Shown: in pieces, positions 9,749 to 19,463 of the stretch
Position numbering within the stretch: position 1 is the first letter of the stretch
Layout of the letters: each line of letters opens with the position of its first letter
DNA from: Acidobacteriota bacterium
GTDB lineage: Bacteria > Acidobacteriota > DASWHO01
Length of the DNA: 64,000 nt
Reading direction: 5' to 3'
Assembly (NCBI GenBank): GCA_036398155.1
Contig: DASWHO010000423.1
Location: forward strand, 3,003 to 67,002
Notes under the pieces: generated by a model
Database searches by the model: none
What the model was told of the DNA's origin: nothing
Seen by the model: only the letters and a program-made list of their open reading frames with translations
Program-made: the position numbers and the translations under genes

Positions 9749-10423
9749 CTAGCCCTGGGCGGCGGCCTTGCGCGGTCCCTCGGCGGCGCCGCTGGATTCG
9801 ATCACCGCGTACGACTCGAGCAGCAGGTTGGCGGCGGTTTCCATTTCGAGGATGAAGCGCTGCACCCGCGAGCTGTAGAAGTTGTAGGCCATCAGCACCG
9901 GAATCGCGATGAACAGGCCGGTGGCGGTGGTGATCAGGGCCTCGGAGATCCCGGCCGCGACCCGGGCCGGATTGCTGAGCCCGGCCTGAGCCAGCTCGCC
10001 GAACGAGCCGATCATGCCGGTCACGGTGCCGAGAAAGCCAATCAGCGGCGCGACGTTGGAAACCGAGGCCAGCACGCCGAAGCCGCGCTCGAGCCGGGCC
10101 AGCTCGTGGGTGATCGCGATCTCGATCGCCTTCTCGATCTCCTCGTCGCTGGTGCCGTGCTTGATCAGCCCGGCTTTGAGGATCCGCGCCACCGGAATGT
10201 TGTAGCGGTCACAGAGCTGGCGCGCGTGACTCAGGCTGCGCTGCTGCAGCAAGGCGTCCTGCACCCGCGCCATGAACTCGTCGGATTTGCGCCCGGCCTG
10301 CCACAAGGCCCAGGCCCGTTCGATCACGAAGGTCACGCCCAGGACCGCGCAGACGAGCAGCGGCCACATCACCGGGCCGCCCTGTTCGAAGTACTTCACT
10401 AAGGTGCCGAGCACGTCCGCCAT
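9749..10423 (-). CDS. exbB: MotA/TolQ/ExbB proton-channel protein
   Basis: 3-TM TolQ/ExbB architecture, motif 'LGTVTGMIGSFGELA'. It is upstream of two exbD genes. Confidence 0.8.
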   Translation of the reverse strand: MADVLGTLVKYFEQGGPVMWPLLVCAVLGVTFVIERAWALWQAGRKSDEFMARVQDALLQQRSLSHARQLCDRYNIPVARILKAGLIKHGTSDEEIEKAIEIAITHELARLERGFGVLASVSNVAPLIGFLGTVTGMIGSFGELAQAGLSNPARVAAGISEALITTATGLFIAIPVLMAYNFYSSRVQRFILEMETAANLLLESYAVIESSGAAEGPRKAAAQG

Positions 10424-10553
10424 CCTCCTGGGGCGCCCGATTCACGAGCGGAGCGCCGCTGGCCGCACAGACCACAAAAGGGGGTTCCCATCCGGGTTCG
10501 CCTACTAAAAGTAGAAGATTATAGCGCGGGTGCCACAATGGCCGTGTCGGGGC

Positions 10554-12302
10554 TTACCTGTCAATAGCCGGCGCCTTCTCCCCCTCGTGGACGGTGACGG
10601 TGCGGCCGGGCTCCAAGTCCGTCAATCGGTCGACTTGACCCGACGGCCAGCGCACCTCGAGCCGCTCCACCGTTTTGGCGCCGCCGAGCCCGAACAGCAG
10701 CCGCGGGTCGCTCTGCGACAGGTAGGAGTTGGCGCTGCGGGCCTCGCGCACCTGGGTCCGACCGCCGGCGACCAGCGTGACCCGAGCGCCGAACCCGTCG
10801 CGATTGCTGCGCCGGCCTCGCAGCACCACCCGCAGCCAGCCGCCGCGGTTGCCGCCGTCATTGCGCAGCAGCGCCGCGCGGTCGTTATTGCGGCTGATCA
10901 GCAGCTCGCGGTCGCCGTCGTCGTCCAGGTCGCCGAGCGCCAGGCCGCGGCTGACCCGCACGTCATTGATCGCGCCGCAGGCCCCGGTGACCTCGACGAA
11001 CTTGGCGCCGCCCAGGTTGCGGAACACCATGCCGCGCTGGGCGTAGGTGATGTTGTCTTTGAACAGATGGATGTTGTCGATGATGTGGCCGTTGACCACG
11101 ATGATGTCCTGCCAGCCGTCGCCGTCGTAATCGTCGAAAGCGGTGCCGAACCCGACGAACAGCAGACTCGGCTCGCCCAGGCCGGCCCGGTAGGTGGTGT
11201 CGGTGAAGCTATGGGCGCCGTCGTTGTGGTACAGCGTGTTGGTCTCCAGATCCAGATTGGTGACGAACAGCTCGGGCTTCTGATCGCCGTCGATGTCCGC
11301 GCTGTCGACCCCCATCCCGGCCATGGCCTTGCCGTCCTCACTGTAGCCGGCGCCCGAAAACAGCGACTCGTCGGCGAAAGTGCCGTCGCCGTTGTTGACG
11401 AACAGGTAGTTGATGGTCGAATCGTTGGCGCCGTAGAGGTCGGGATCGCCGTCGCCGTCGACGTCGGTCCAGACCACTCCGAGCCCTTTGCCCTCGGTGA
11501 TATAGAGCCCGGCCGCCCGGGTCGCGTCGCTGAAGCTGCCGTCGCCGTTGTTGCGATACAGGACCGGCGGGACCCCGTTGTAGACATCCGGATGACAGTA
11601 GGCGCGCTGCTGCAAGCGCAGGTTGCCGCAGAACTTGTTGTTGTCGAGCGTGAAGTCGACGTAGTTGGAGACGTAGAGATCGAGATCGCCGTCCAGATCG
11701 TAATCGGCGAACGCGGCCGAAGCGCCCCACAGCTTGGAATCGACCCCAGCCGCCTGGCTCACGTCGGTGAAGCGGCCGCCGCCGTCGTTGCGGTAGAGGA
11801 TGTTGGGTCCCAGCGCGGTGATGTAGATGTCGGAGTCGCCGTCGTTGTCGTAGTCGCCGAAGCTGACCCCCATCATCCAGCCGCGGCCGGCGACCCCGGC
11901 GCTGTCGGTGACGTCCTCAAAGCGGAGGGCGCCGAGGTTGCGGTAGAGCCGATTGGTCGGCGCCGGCCCTTGGTAGCCGGGCAGCGCGCTGCCGTTTACC
12001 AAGTACAGATCCATGCGCCCGTCGCCGTCGTAGTCGAAGATCCCGGCGCCCGAGCCCATGGTCTCGACCATGTACTTCTGCCCCGAACCGCCGTGGCGAT
12101 GGACGAAATCGACGCCGGCCTGGTCGGTGATGTCCACATAGGTGACCGCGGGCGTGCCCGGCGGCGCCGGCGGCGCAGGCTCGGGCCGGGCCGGAGCTCG
12201 CTCCTGCGACAGCGCAGTGATGGTCGCGATCATGACGACACCGGCGATCCAGCCGGCGCGCCAATGTAGGGGCGGGGCTGGTCCCCGCCCGAACGTTTTC
12301 AT
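10554..12302 (-). CDS. Secreted FG-GAP-repeat / ASPIC-UnbV (CRTAC1-like) protein
   Basis: Signal peptide ([30 protein letters not shown]). Repeated DxDGDG FG-GAP calcium-binding motifs. C-terminal ASPIC/UnbV-like segment (RVTLVAGGRTQVREARSANSYLSQSDPRLLFGLG). ATG overlaps the stop of the upstream ABC ATPase (ATGA). The 888-aa track ORF is a frame artefact. Confidence 0.65.
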   Translation of the reverse strand: MKTFGRGPAPPLHWRAGWIAGVVMIATITALSQERAPARPEPAPPAPPGTPAVTYVDITDQAGVDFVHRHGGSGQKYMVETMGSGAGIFDYDGDGRMDLYLVNGSALPGYQGPAPTNRLYRNLGALRFEDVTDSAGVAGRGWMMGVSFGDYDNDGDSDIYITALGPNILYRNDGGGRFTDVSQAAGVDSKLWGASAAFADYDLDGDLDLYVSNYVDFTLDNNKFCGNLRLQQRAYCHPDVYNGVPPVLYRNNGDGSFSDATRAAGLYITEGKGLGVVWTDVDGDGDPDLYGANDSTINYLFVNNGDGTFADESLFSGAGYSEDGKAMAGMGVDSADIDGDQKPELFVTNLDLETNTLYHNDGAHSFTDTTYRAGLGEPSLLFVGFGTAFDDYDGDGWQDIIVVNGHIIDNIHLFKDNITYAQRGMVFRNLGGAKFVEVTGACGAINDVRVSRGLALGDLDDDGDRELLISRNNDRAALLRNDGGNRGGWLRVVLRGRRSNRDGFGARVTLVAGGRTQVREARSANSYLSQSDPRLLFGLGGAKTVERLEVRWPSGQVDRLTDLEPGRTVTVHEGEKAPAIDR

Positions 12303-13294
12303 TCGCCGGGGAAGTGGCATGCGACCCAGTGCCCGGGGCGAAGCTGCTGGAGCTGCGGCGTCTCGATCCGGCAGCGCGCTTCGGCCCGCGGGCAGCGCGG
12401 GTGATAGGCGCAGCCCAGCGGCGGTGCCGCCGCCGACGGCAGCTCGCCCCCGGTCCGAGCGCGGCTGCGGCGCCGCTGCTCGCGGCCGCGCGGATCGGCC
12501 TGGGGCACCGCCGCGAGCAGCGCCTGGGTATAGGGATGCAGTGCCGCGCTGAACAGCTCGGCGGCCGGCGCCCGCTCGACGATCCGGCCCAGATACATGA
12601 CCACGATCCGATCCGCGATCCGCTGCACCACGCCCAAATCGTGCGCGATCACCAGATAGGTCAGGCCGTGGTCGCGCTGGAGCTGGAGCAGGAGCTGGAG
12701 CACCTGGGCCTGGACCGACACGTCCAGCGCCGAGACCGGCTCGTCCGCGATCACCAGCTTGGGGCGCAGCGCCAAAGCCCGCGCGATCCCGACCCGCTGG
12801 CGCTGCCCGCCGGAGAGCTCCTGCGGATAGCGGGCCAAGAGCGGCGCGGCCAGACCGACCATGGCGGCGAGCGCGCGGACCCGCTCGCGCCGCTCCGCTT
12901 TGGTGCCGAGACGGTGGATCTCCAGCGGCTCGGCGATGATGGCTTCGACCGACAGGCGCGGATCGAGCGAGCCGCCGGCATCCTGAAACACCATCTGCAT
13001 CTCGCGCCGCTCGCGGCGCAGCGCGCGGGGCCCCCGCGCGCGCAGCTCGGTACCGTCGAAACAAATCGAGCCGCGGTCCGGCTCGATCAAGCGCAGGATG
13101 CAGCGCGCGGCGGTGCTCTTGCCGCAGCCGCTCTCGCCGACCAGCGCCAGGCAATCGCGCTCGGGCAGATCCAAGTCGATCCCGTCGACCGCCCGCGCCC
13201 ACTGGCTCGGCCGGCGCCACCAGCGACGGCGCAGGGGAAAATGCTTGACCAAATCGCGAACCTGAAGCAGCGGCGCTGGATCGGGAGCGGACAC
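12299..13294 (-). CDS. Oligopeptide/dipeptide-type ABC transporter ATP-binding protein (OppF/DppF-like), orphan
   Basis: Walker [10 protein letters not shown], signature LSGGQRQR, Walker [14 protein letters not shown]-terminal oligo_HPY region ([16 protein letters not shown]). No permease or SBP genes nearby. Confidence 0.85.
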   Translation of the reverse strand: MSAPDPAPLLQVRDLVKHFPLRRRWWRRPSQWARAVDGIDLDLPERDCLALVGESGCGKSTAARCILRLIEPDRGSICFDGTELRARGPRALRRERREMQMVFQDAGGSLDPRLSVEAIIAEPLEIHRLGTKAERRERVRALAAMVGLAAPLLARYPQELSGGQRQRVGIARALALRPKLVIADEPVSALDVSVQAQVLQLLLQLQRDHGLTYLVIAHDLGVVQRIADRIVVMYLGRIVERAPAAELFSAALHPYTQALLAAVPQADPRGREQRRRSRARTGGELPSAAAPPLGCAYHPRCPRAEARCRIETPQLQQLRPGHWVACHFPGE

Positions 13295-13355
13295 CGGATT
13301 GCAGTCTAGCGGTTTCCAGAATCCGGCGACAGCCGCTCCGCCGCTCCGGTGGTTC

Positions 13356-13384
13356 TTGCCCGCACCGTTCGACTCGGCTAAACT
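13356..13384 (+). promoter_or_regulatory. Putative sigma70-type promoter for the tRNA-Lys/tRNA-Leu pair (TTGCCC-17-TAAACT)
   Basis: Hexamers read directly, about 35 nt upstream of the tRNA-Lys 5' end. Confidence 0.4.
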
Positions 13385-13421
13385 AGGAGTTTCTGTGCCG
13401 GCGTCGGTCTGAAGATCGCAT

Positions 13422-13494
13422 GGGCCGCTAGCTCAATTGGTAGAGCAGCAGACTCTTAATCTGCGGGTTGAAGGTTCGAGTCCTTCGCGGCTCA
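13422..13494 (+). tRNA. tRNA-Lys (anticodon CTT)
   Basis: Cloverleaf read manually: acceptor GGGCCGC/GCGGCTC, anticodon stem GCAGA/TCTGC, loop CTCTTAA. No encoded CCA. Confidence 0.85.
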
Positions 13495-13519
13495 CTATCG
13501 CGCTCCGGTCACCTCCGAT

Positions 13520-13599
13520 GCGAAAGTGGCGGAACTGGCAGACGCGCCGGACTTAGGATCCGGTGGGCAACCGTGGGGGTTCGAATCCCCCCTTTCGCA
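13520..13599 (+). tRNA. tRNA-Leu (anticodon TAG), long variable arm
   Basis: Acceptor GCGAAAG/CTTTCGC, anticodon stem CCGGA/TCCGG, loop CTTAGGA, T-arm GGTTCGAATCC. Confidence 0.8.
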
Positions 13600-13640
13600 C
13601 GCCGCTCGCTTCGGACCGGTCCGGGGCCGGCCCTGAATCC

Positions 13641-14939
13641 ATGGACATCGACATCCAAGAGCTCGACGAGTGCCGCAGGGTGCTGACGGTCACGGTGCCG
13701 GCCGAGCAGGTCGAGGCCGAGATCGAGCGCGAGCTGCAGCGCACCCGCTCGCGGGCCCGACTGCCGGGCTTTCGCCCCGGCAAGGCCCCGGCCGAGCTGA
13801 TCCGGCAGCGCTACGGCACCGAGGTCCGGAGCCAGACGATTCAGCGCCTGGTCGACTCGAGCTGGCGCGACGCCCTGCGTGAGCGCCAGCGGCTGCCGTT
13901 GGTCGAGCCCTCGATCGATCAGGTCGAATACCAAAACGACAGCGGCCTGCGCTTCCGCGCCTACTTCGAAGAGCGCCCGGCGCTCGATTTTGTGGTCTAC
14001 CGCGGGGTCGAGGCCCAGCGCCCCGCGGCGGCGGTCAGCGAGGAGCAGTTCGAGGCCGAGCTGCTGCGGCTGCGGCGCCAGCATGGCACCTTGGAACCGG
14101 TCGAGGGCCGCGGCGCGGAGGCCGGCGACACCGCGGTGCTCAACTGCGAATGGCGGCTGGAAGGCGGAGCCAGCCGCAAGCAGGAGAACGTCTTCGTTCC
14201 GCTCGATCCGGACCGGGATAAGAGCGGGTTCGCCGCCGAGCTGCTCGGGCTCGAGCCCGGCGCCACCAAGGAGTTCTCGATCCAGCACCCGCCGGACGCC
14301 AGCGATCCGGAGCTGCGCGGGCAGACGGTCCAGTACCGGGTCGAGCTCAAGGCGCTCAAGCGCGAGCGCCTGCCGGAGCTCAGCGACGATCTGGCCCGGG
14401 AGCTCGGCTTCGAGGCCGCGGCCGACCTCCGGGCCAAGCTGCGCGCCCAGCTCGAAGCCCAGGCCCAGCGCCGGGCCGACGCGATGCTGGAGAAAAACCT
14501 GCTCGACGCGATCTTCCACGACTACCCGTTCCGCGCGCCGGCGGCGTTGGTCCGGCATCAGACCGAGAGCCTGCTGCGCCGCTACGCCGACGAGTTTCTG
14601 GAACGCGGAGTACCGGCCGGCCAGCTCCAGCAGCTCGACTGGGAGCAGCTGCGCGAGCAGTTTCGACCCGAAGCGGAATGGCGGGTCAAGCGGCTCCTGC
14701 TGCTCGATTGGATCGCCGACCGCGAGCAAATCGAAGCCGCGCCCGAGCAGGTCGAGCAGGAGCTCCAGGCCTTGCGCCGGGTCGGCAGGAAGGCTGCGAG
14801 CGATTCGGAAATCGAGTCCGCCGCGGCGCTGGAGACGCCCCAGGAAAAGTCGCTTAAAGAGTTCATCCGACAGGAGATACGGCGCCGGATGACGGTTGAC
14901 TTGATTCGAAACGCTGCTAGAATTGAGCCTGAGGCCTAG
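13641..14939 (+). CDS. tig: Trigger factor (ribosome-associated PPIase chaperone)
   Basis: Start '[39 protein letters not shown]', typical trigger-factor N-terminus. Position upstream of clpP-clpX-lon. Confidence 0.85.
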   Translation: MDIDIQELDECRRVLTVTVPAEQVEAEIERELQRTRSRARLPGFRPGKAPAELIRQRYGTEVRSQTIQRLVDSSWRDALRERQRLPLVEPSIDQVEYQNDSGLRFRAYFEERPALDFVVYRGVEAQRPAAAVSEEQFEAELLRLRRQHGTLEPVEGRGAEAGDTAVLNCEWRLEGGASRKQENVFVPLDPDRDKSGFAAELLGLEPGATKEFSIQHPPDASDPELRGQTVQYRVELKALKRERLPELSDDLARELGFEAAADLRAKLRAQLEAQAQRRADAMLEKNLLDAIFHDYPFRAPAALVRHQTESLLRRYADEFLERGVPAGQLQQLDWEQLREQFRPEAEWRVKRLLLLDWIADREQIEAAPEQVEQELQALRRVGRKAASDSEIESAAALETPQEKSLKEFIRQEIRRRMTVDLIRNAARIEPEA

Positions 14940-14948
14940 CCGCCACCC

Positions 14949-15550
14949 GTGCAACTCATCCCGATGGTCGTGGAGCAGACCAACCGTGGCGAGCGCGCCT
15001 ACGACATCTACTCGCGCCTGCTGAAGGACAACATCATCTTCATCGGCTCGCCGGTCGACGACAACGTCGCCAACTTGGTGATCGCCCAGCTTTTGTTCCT
15101 GGAGGCGGAGGATCCGGAGAAGGACATCCACCTCTACATCAACAGCCCGGGCGGCAGCGTGACCGCCGGCTTGGCGATCTACGACACGCTGCAGCTGATT
15201 CGACCCGACGTGGTCACCTATTGCATCGGCCAGGCCGCCAGCATGGCGGCGCTGCTGCTGGCGGCGGGCACGCCCAAGAAGCGCTTCGCCCTGCCCAACT
15301 CGCGCATCATCATCCACCAGCCCAGCGGCTGGACCTTCGGCCAGGCCGCCGACATCGACATCCAGGCCCGCGAGATCCTGCGCGTGCGCCACCGGATCAA
15401 CGAGATCTTCACCCGGCACACCGGCCAGCCGCTGGAGAAGGTCGAGCAGGATGTGGACCGGGATTTCATCATGACCGCGGAGCAGTCGGTCGAGTACGGC
15501 TTGGTCGATCAGGTGATCCGCAAGCGAAAATTGGAGGCGGCGGCGGCGAC

Positions 15551-15554
<4 letters not shown>
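14949..15554 (+). CDS. clpP: ATP-dependent Clp protease proteolytic subunit
   Basis: '[63 protein letters not shown]' (catalytic Ser in GGS). GTG start. Confidence 0.9.
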
Positions 15555-16804
<1,250 letters not shown>

Positions 16805-16844
16805 GTGCTTTCAAACCTGCAGTTTCAGGCGACTGACTGAATCG

Positions 16845-19292
16845 ATGGAACCTTCACAGCCCAACCGAATCGACGAGAGCAAGTTCACTCCGCTGGTACC
16901 GCTGCGCGATGTGATCGTCTTCCCCTACATGATGATGCCGTTCGTGGTCGGGCGGCGCAAATCGATTCTGGCGCTCGAGCACGCGCTGCTGCACGGCAAG
17001 CGCATCCTGCTGGCGACCCAGAAGGACGCCGCCACCGACGATCCCGGGGTCGAAGAGATCTTCCGCACCGGCACGATCGCCAACATCGTCCAGAGCCTCA
17101 AGCTGCCCAACGGCAACATCAAGGTGCTGGTCGAGGGCATCGAGCGCGCCCAGATCCTCGAGTTCCGCGACAACGAGGAGTTCCACGAGGCGCTGGTGCG
17201 CACCGCCAAGCGCAAGGTCGAGGTCACCGCCACGGTCGAGAAGGCGATGCAGGGGCTGCTGAGCCTGTTCGAGCAGTACATCAAGCTGAGCCAGAGCTTC
17301 TCGTACGAGGCGATGATCTCGGCGGTCCGGATCGACGATCCCGACCGGCTGACCGACACCATCTCGGCCCACCTGATGGTCGATCTGGAAGAGAAGCAGG
17401 CGCTGTTGGAGATGTTCGATCCGGTCGAGCGGCTCAACCGGATCGCCGAGATCCTCGAGATCGAAATCGAAAAGCTCCAGGTCGACAAGCGCATCCAGGG
17501 CCGGGTCAAGAAGCAGATGGAGAAGGCCCAGCGCGAGTACTACCTCAACGAGAAGCTCAAAGCGATCCAGAAGGAGCTGGGCAAGAAGGACAACCGCAAC
17601 AGCGACCTGGAGGAGCTGCGCAAGAAGATCGAAACCAAGAAGATGCCCAAGGAAGCGCGCGAGAAGGCCCAGCAGGAGCTCGAGCGGCTCGAAGCGATGC
17701 CGGCGATGAGCGCCGAATCGACCGTATCGCGCAACTACCTCGACTGGCTGCTCGGGATTCCGTGGGAGGAGCGCTCGCGCGAGAACCGCTCGCTCAAGCG
17801 CGCCGAGAAGGTGCTGCAGCAGGATCATTTCGGGCTGGAAAAAGTTAAAGAACGGATCCTCGAGTTCCTGGCGGTGCGCCAGCTGGTCAAGAAGCAGAAG
17901 GGCTCGATCCTCTGCTTCGTCGGGCCGCCGGGCGTCGGCAAGAGCTCGCTGGCCAAGTCGATCGCGCGCTCGACCGGCCGCAGATTCGTGCGGCTTTCGC
18001 TCGGCGGGGTGCGCGACGAGGCCGAGATCCGCGGTCACCGGCGCACCTACATCGGCGCCTATCCGGGCCAGATCGTCCAGTTGATGAAGAAGGCCACCAC
18101 CGTCAATCCGGTCTTTCTGCTGGATGAAGTCGACAAGATGAGCATGGATTTCCGCGGCGATCCGTCGGCCGCGCTGCTCGAGGTGCTCGACCCGGAGCAG
18201 AACAACTCCTTCGTCGACCACTATCTCGATACCGAATACGACCTCTCGCACGTCATGTTCATCGCCACCGCCAACGTGCTCCACACCATCCCGCGGGCGC
18301 TGCAAGACCGGATGGAGGTGATTCGGCTTTCGGGCTACACCCTCAAGGAGAAGATCGAAATCGCCAAACGCCATCTGATCGCCAAGCAGCTCCAGGCCCA
18401 CGGCCTGCACAAGCGCGGCATCCGTTTCACCGAAGAGGCGCTGCAGCGGGTGATCGAGAACTACACCCGCGAGGCCGGGGTGCGCAATTTGGAGCGCGAG
18501 ATCGCCAACATCTGCCGCAAGCTGGCGCGCCAGATCGTCACCAAACGCTCGACCCGTTACCCGCGGGTGGTGACCGGAGCCGCGGTCGAGCGTCATCTCG
18601 GGGTGCCGCGCTTCCGCAGCGGCCAGAAAGAGAAGATCGCCGGCGCCGGCCTCGCCACCGGGCTGGCCTGGACCGAGATGGGCGGCGAGCTGCTCAACAT
18701 CGAAGCGACCCTGATGCCCGGCAAGGGCCGGCTCAACATCACCGGCAAGCTCGGCGAGGTGATGCAGGAATCGGCCCACGCCGCGCTCTCGTACGTGCGC
18801 AGCAACGCGGCCCAGTTCGGCATCCCGCGCGACTTCCACCGCAGCTCCGACATCCACATCCACGTGCCCGAGGGCGCGATCCCCAAAGACGGCCCCAGCG
18901 CCGGGATCGCGATCGCCACCGCGCTGGTTTCGGCGCTGGCCGGCGTGCCGGTGCGCGACGACGTCGCGATGACCGGCGAGATCACCTTGCGCGGCCGGGT
19001 GCTGCCGATCGGCGGGGTCAAGGAAAAGCTGCTGGCGGCCCACCGGGCCGAGATCCTGCGGGTGCTGCTGCCGCGGGAGAACGAAAAGGACCTCTCCGAG
19101 ATTCCCGAAGAGGTGCGCCGAGAGCTCAAGATCGAGCTGGTCGAGAACATGAAGCAGGTGCTCGACGCCGTGCTGGTCAGCAAGCTCACGCCTCTGATCG
19201 AACCGATCAGCGCCTACCAGCCGGGCAGCAAGCACGACGTGCCTCCCTCCGAGGAGCACGACGCGGCCGACTCCCCCCACAACATCATCTAG
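16845..19292 (+). CDS. lon: ATP-dependent protease Lon
   Basis: Lon N-domain, AAA+ '[15 protein letters not shown]', protease '[17 protein letters not shown]' catalytic Ser motif. Confidence 0.9.
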   Translation: MEPSQPNRIDESKFTPLVPLRDVIVFPYMMMPFVVGRRKSILALEHALLHGKRILLATQKDAATDDPGVEEIFRTGTIANIVQSLKLPNGNIKVLVEGIERAQILEFRDNEEFHEALVRTAKRKVEVTATVEKAMQGLLSLFEQYIKLSQSFSYEAMISAVRIDDPDRLTDTISAHLMVDLEEKQALLEMFDPVERLNRIAEILEIEIEKLQVDKRIQGRVKKQMEKAQREYYLNEKLKAIQKELGKKDNRNSDLEELRKKIETKKMPKEAREKAQQELERLEAMPAMSAESTVSRNYLDWLLGIPWEERSRENRSLKRAEKVLQQDHFGLEKVKERILEFLAVRQLVKKQKGSILCFVGPPGVGKSSLAKSIARSTGRRFVRLSLGGVRDEAEIRGHRRTYIGAYPGQIVQLMKKATTVNPVFLLDEVDKMSMDFRGDPSAALLEVLDPEQNNSFVDHYLDTEYDLSHVMFIATANVLHTIPRALQDRMEVIRLSGYTLKEKIEIAKRHLIAKQLQAHGLHKRGIRFTEEALQRVIENYTREAGVRNLEREIANICRKLARQIVTKRSTRYPRVVTGAAVERHLGVPRFRSGQKEKIAGAGLATGLAWTEMGGELLNIEATLMPGKGRLNITGKLGEVMQESAHAALSYVRSNAAQFGIPRDFHRSSDIHIHVPEGAIPKDGPSAGIAIATALVSALAGVPVRDDVAMTGEITLRGRVLPIGGVKEKLLAAHRAEILRVLLPRENEKDLSEIPEEVRRELKIELVENMKQVLDAVLVSKLTPLIEPISAYQPGSKHDVPPSEEHDAADSPHNII

Positions 19293-19440
19293 GCGGCGGA
19301 GCTGCCGCTGGTCTCCATCCAGCGGCCTTCCGCTGCCCTAAGCGCCGTGCTCCGGCGCACGGGCAGACCTCGTCGTCATTCCGGCGCAAGCCGGAATCCA
19401 GCGGTCATTCCGACGCCGGGCGGAATCCAGCCCCGGAATT
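19293..19440 (+). repeat. Composite post-stop repeat: head hairpin GCGGCGGAGCTGCCGC + CAGCGGCCTTCCGCTG, then two tandem GTCATTCCG(N6-8)CGGAATCCAG hairpins
   Basis: Starts 1 nt after the lon TAG. The tandem hairpins are 19375-19401 and 19404-19430. A degenerate copy lies at 22004-22028. Confidence 0.65.
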
Positions 19441-19463
19441 GATACCGAGGCGCTCGAAGCTCT

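Noticed and set aside
10554-13220. Single 888-aa ORF spanning both the ABC ATPase region and the FG-GAP protein.
   Set aside because: The N-terminal 300 aa are an alternative frame over the real ABC ATPase gene (12299-13294). The genuine FG-GAP protein starts at ATG 12302 (MKTFGRG..., signal peptide), overlapping the ATPase stop.
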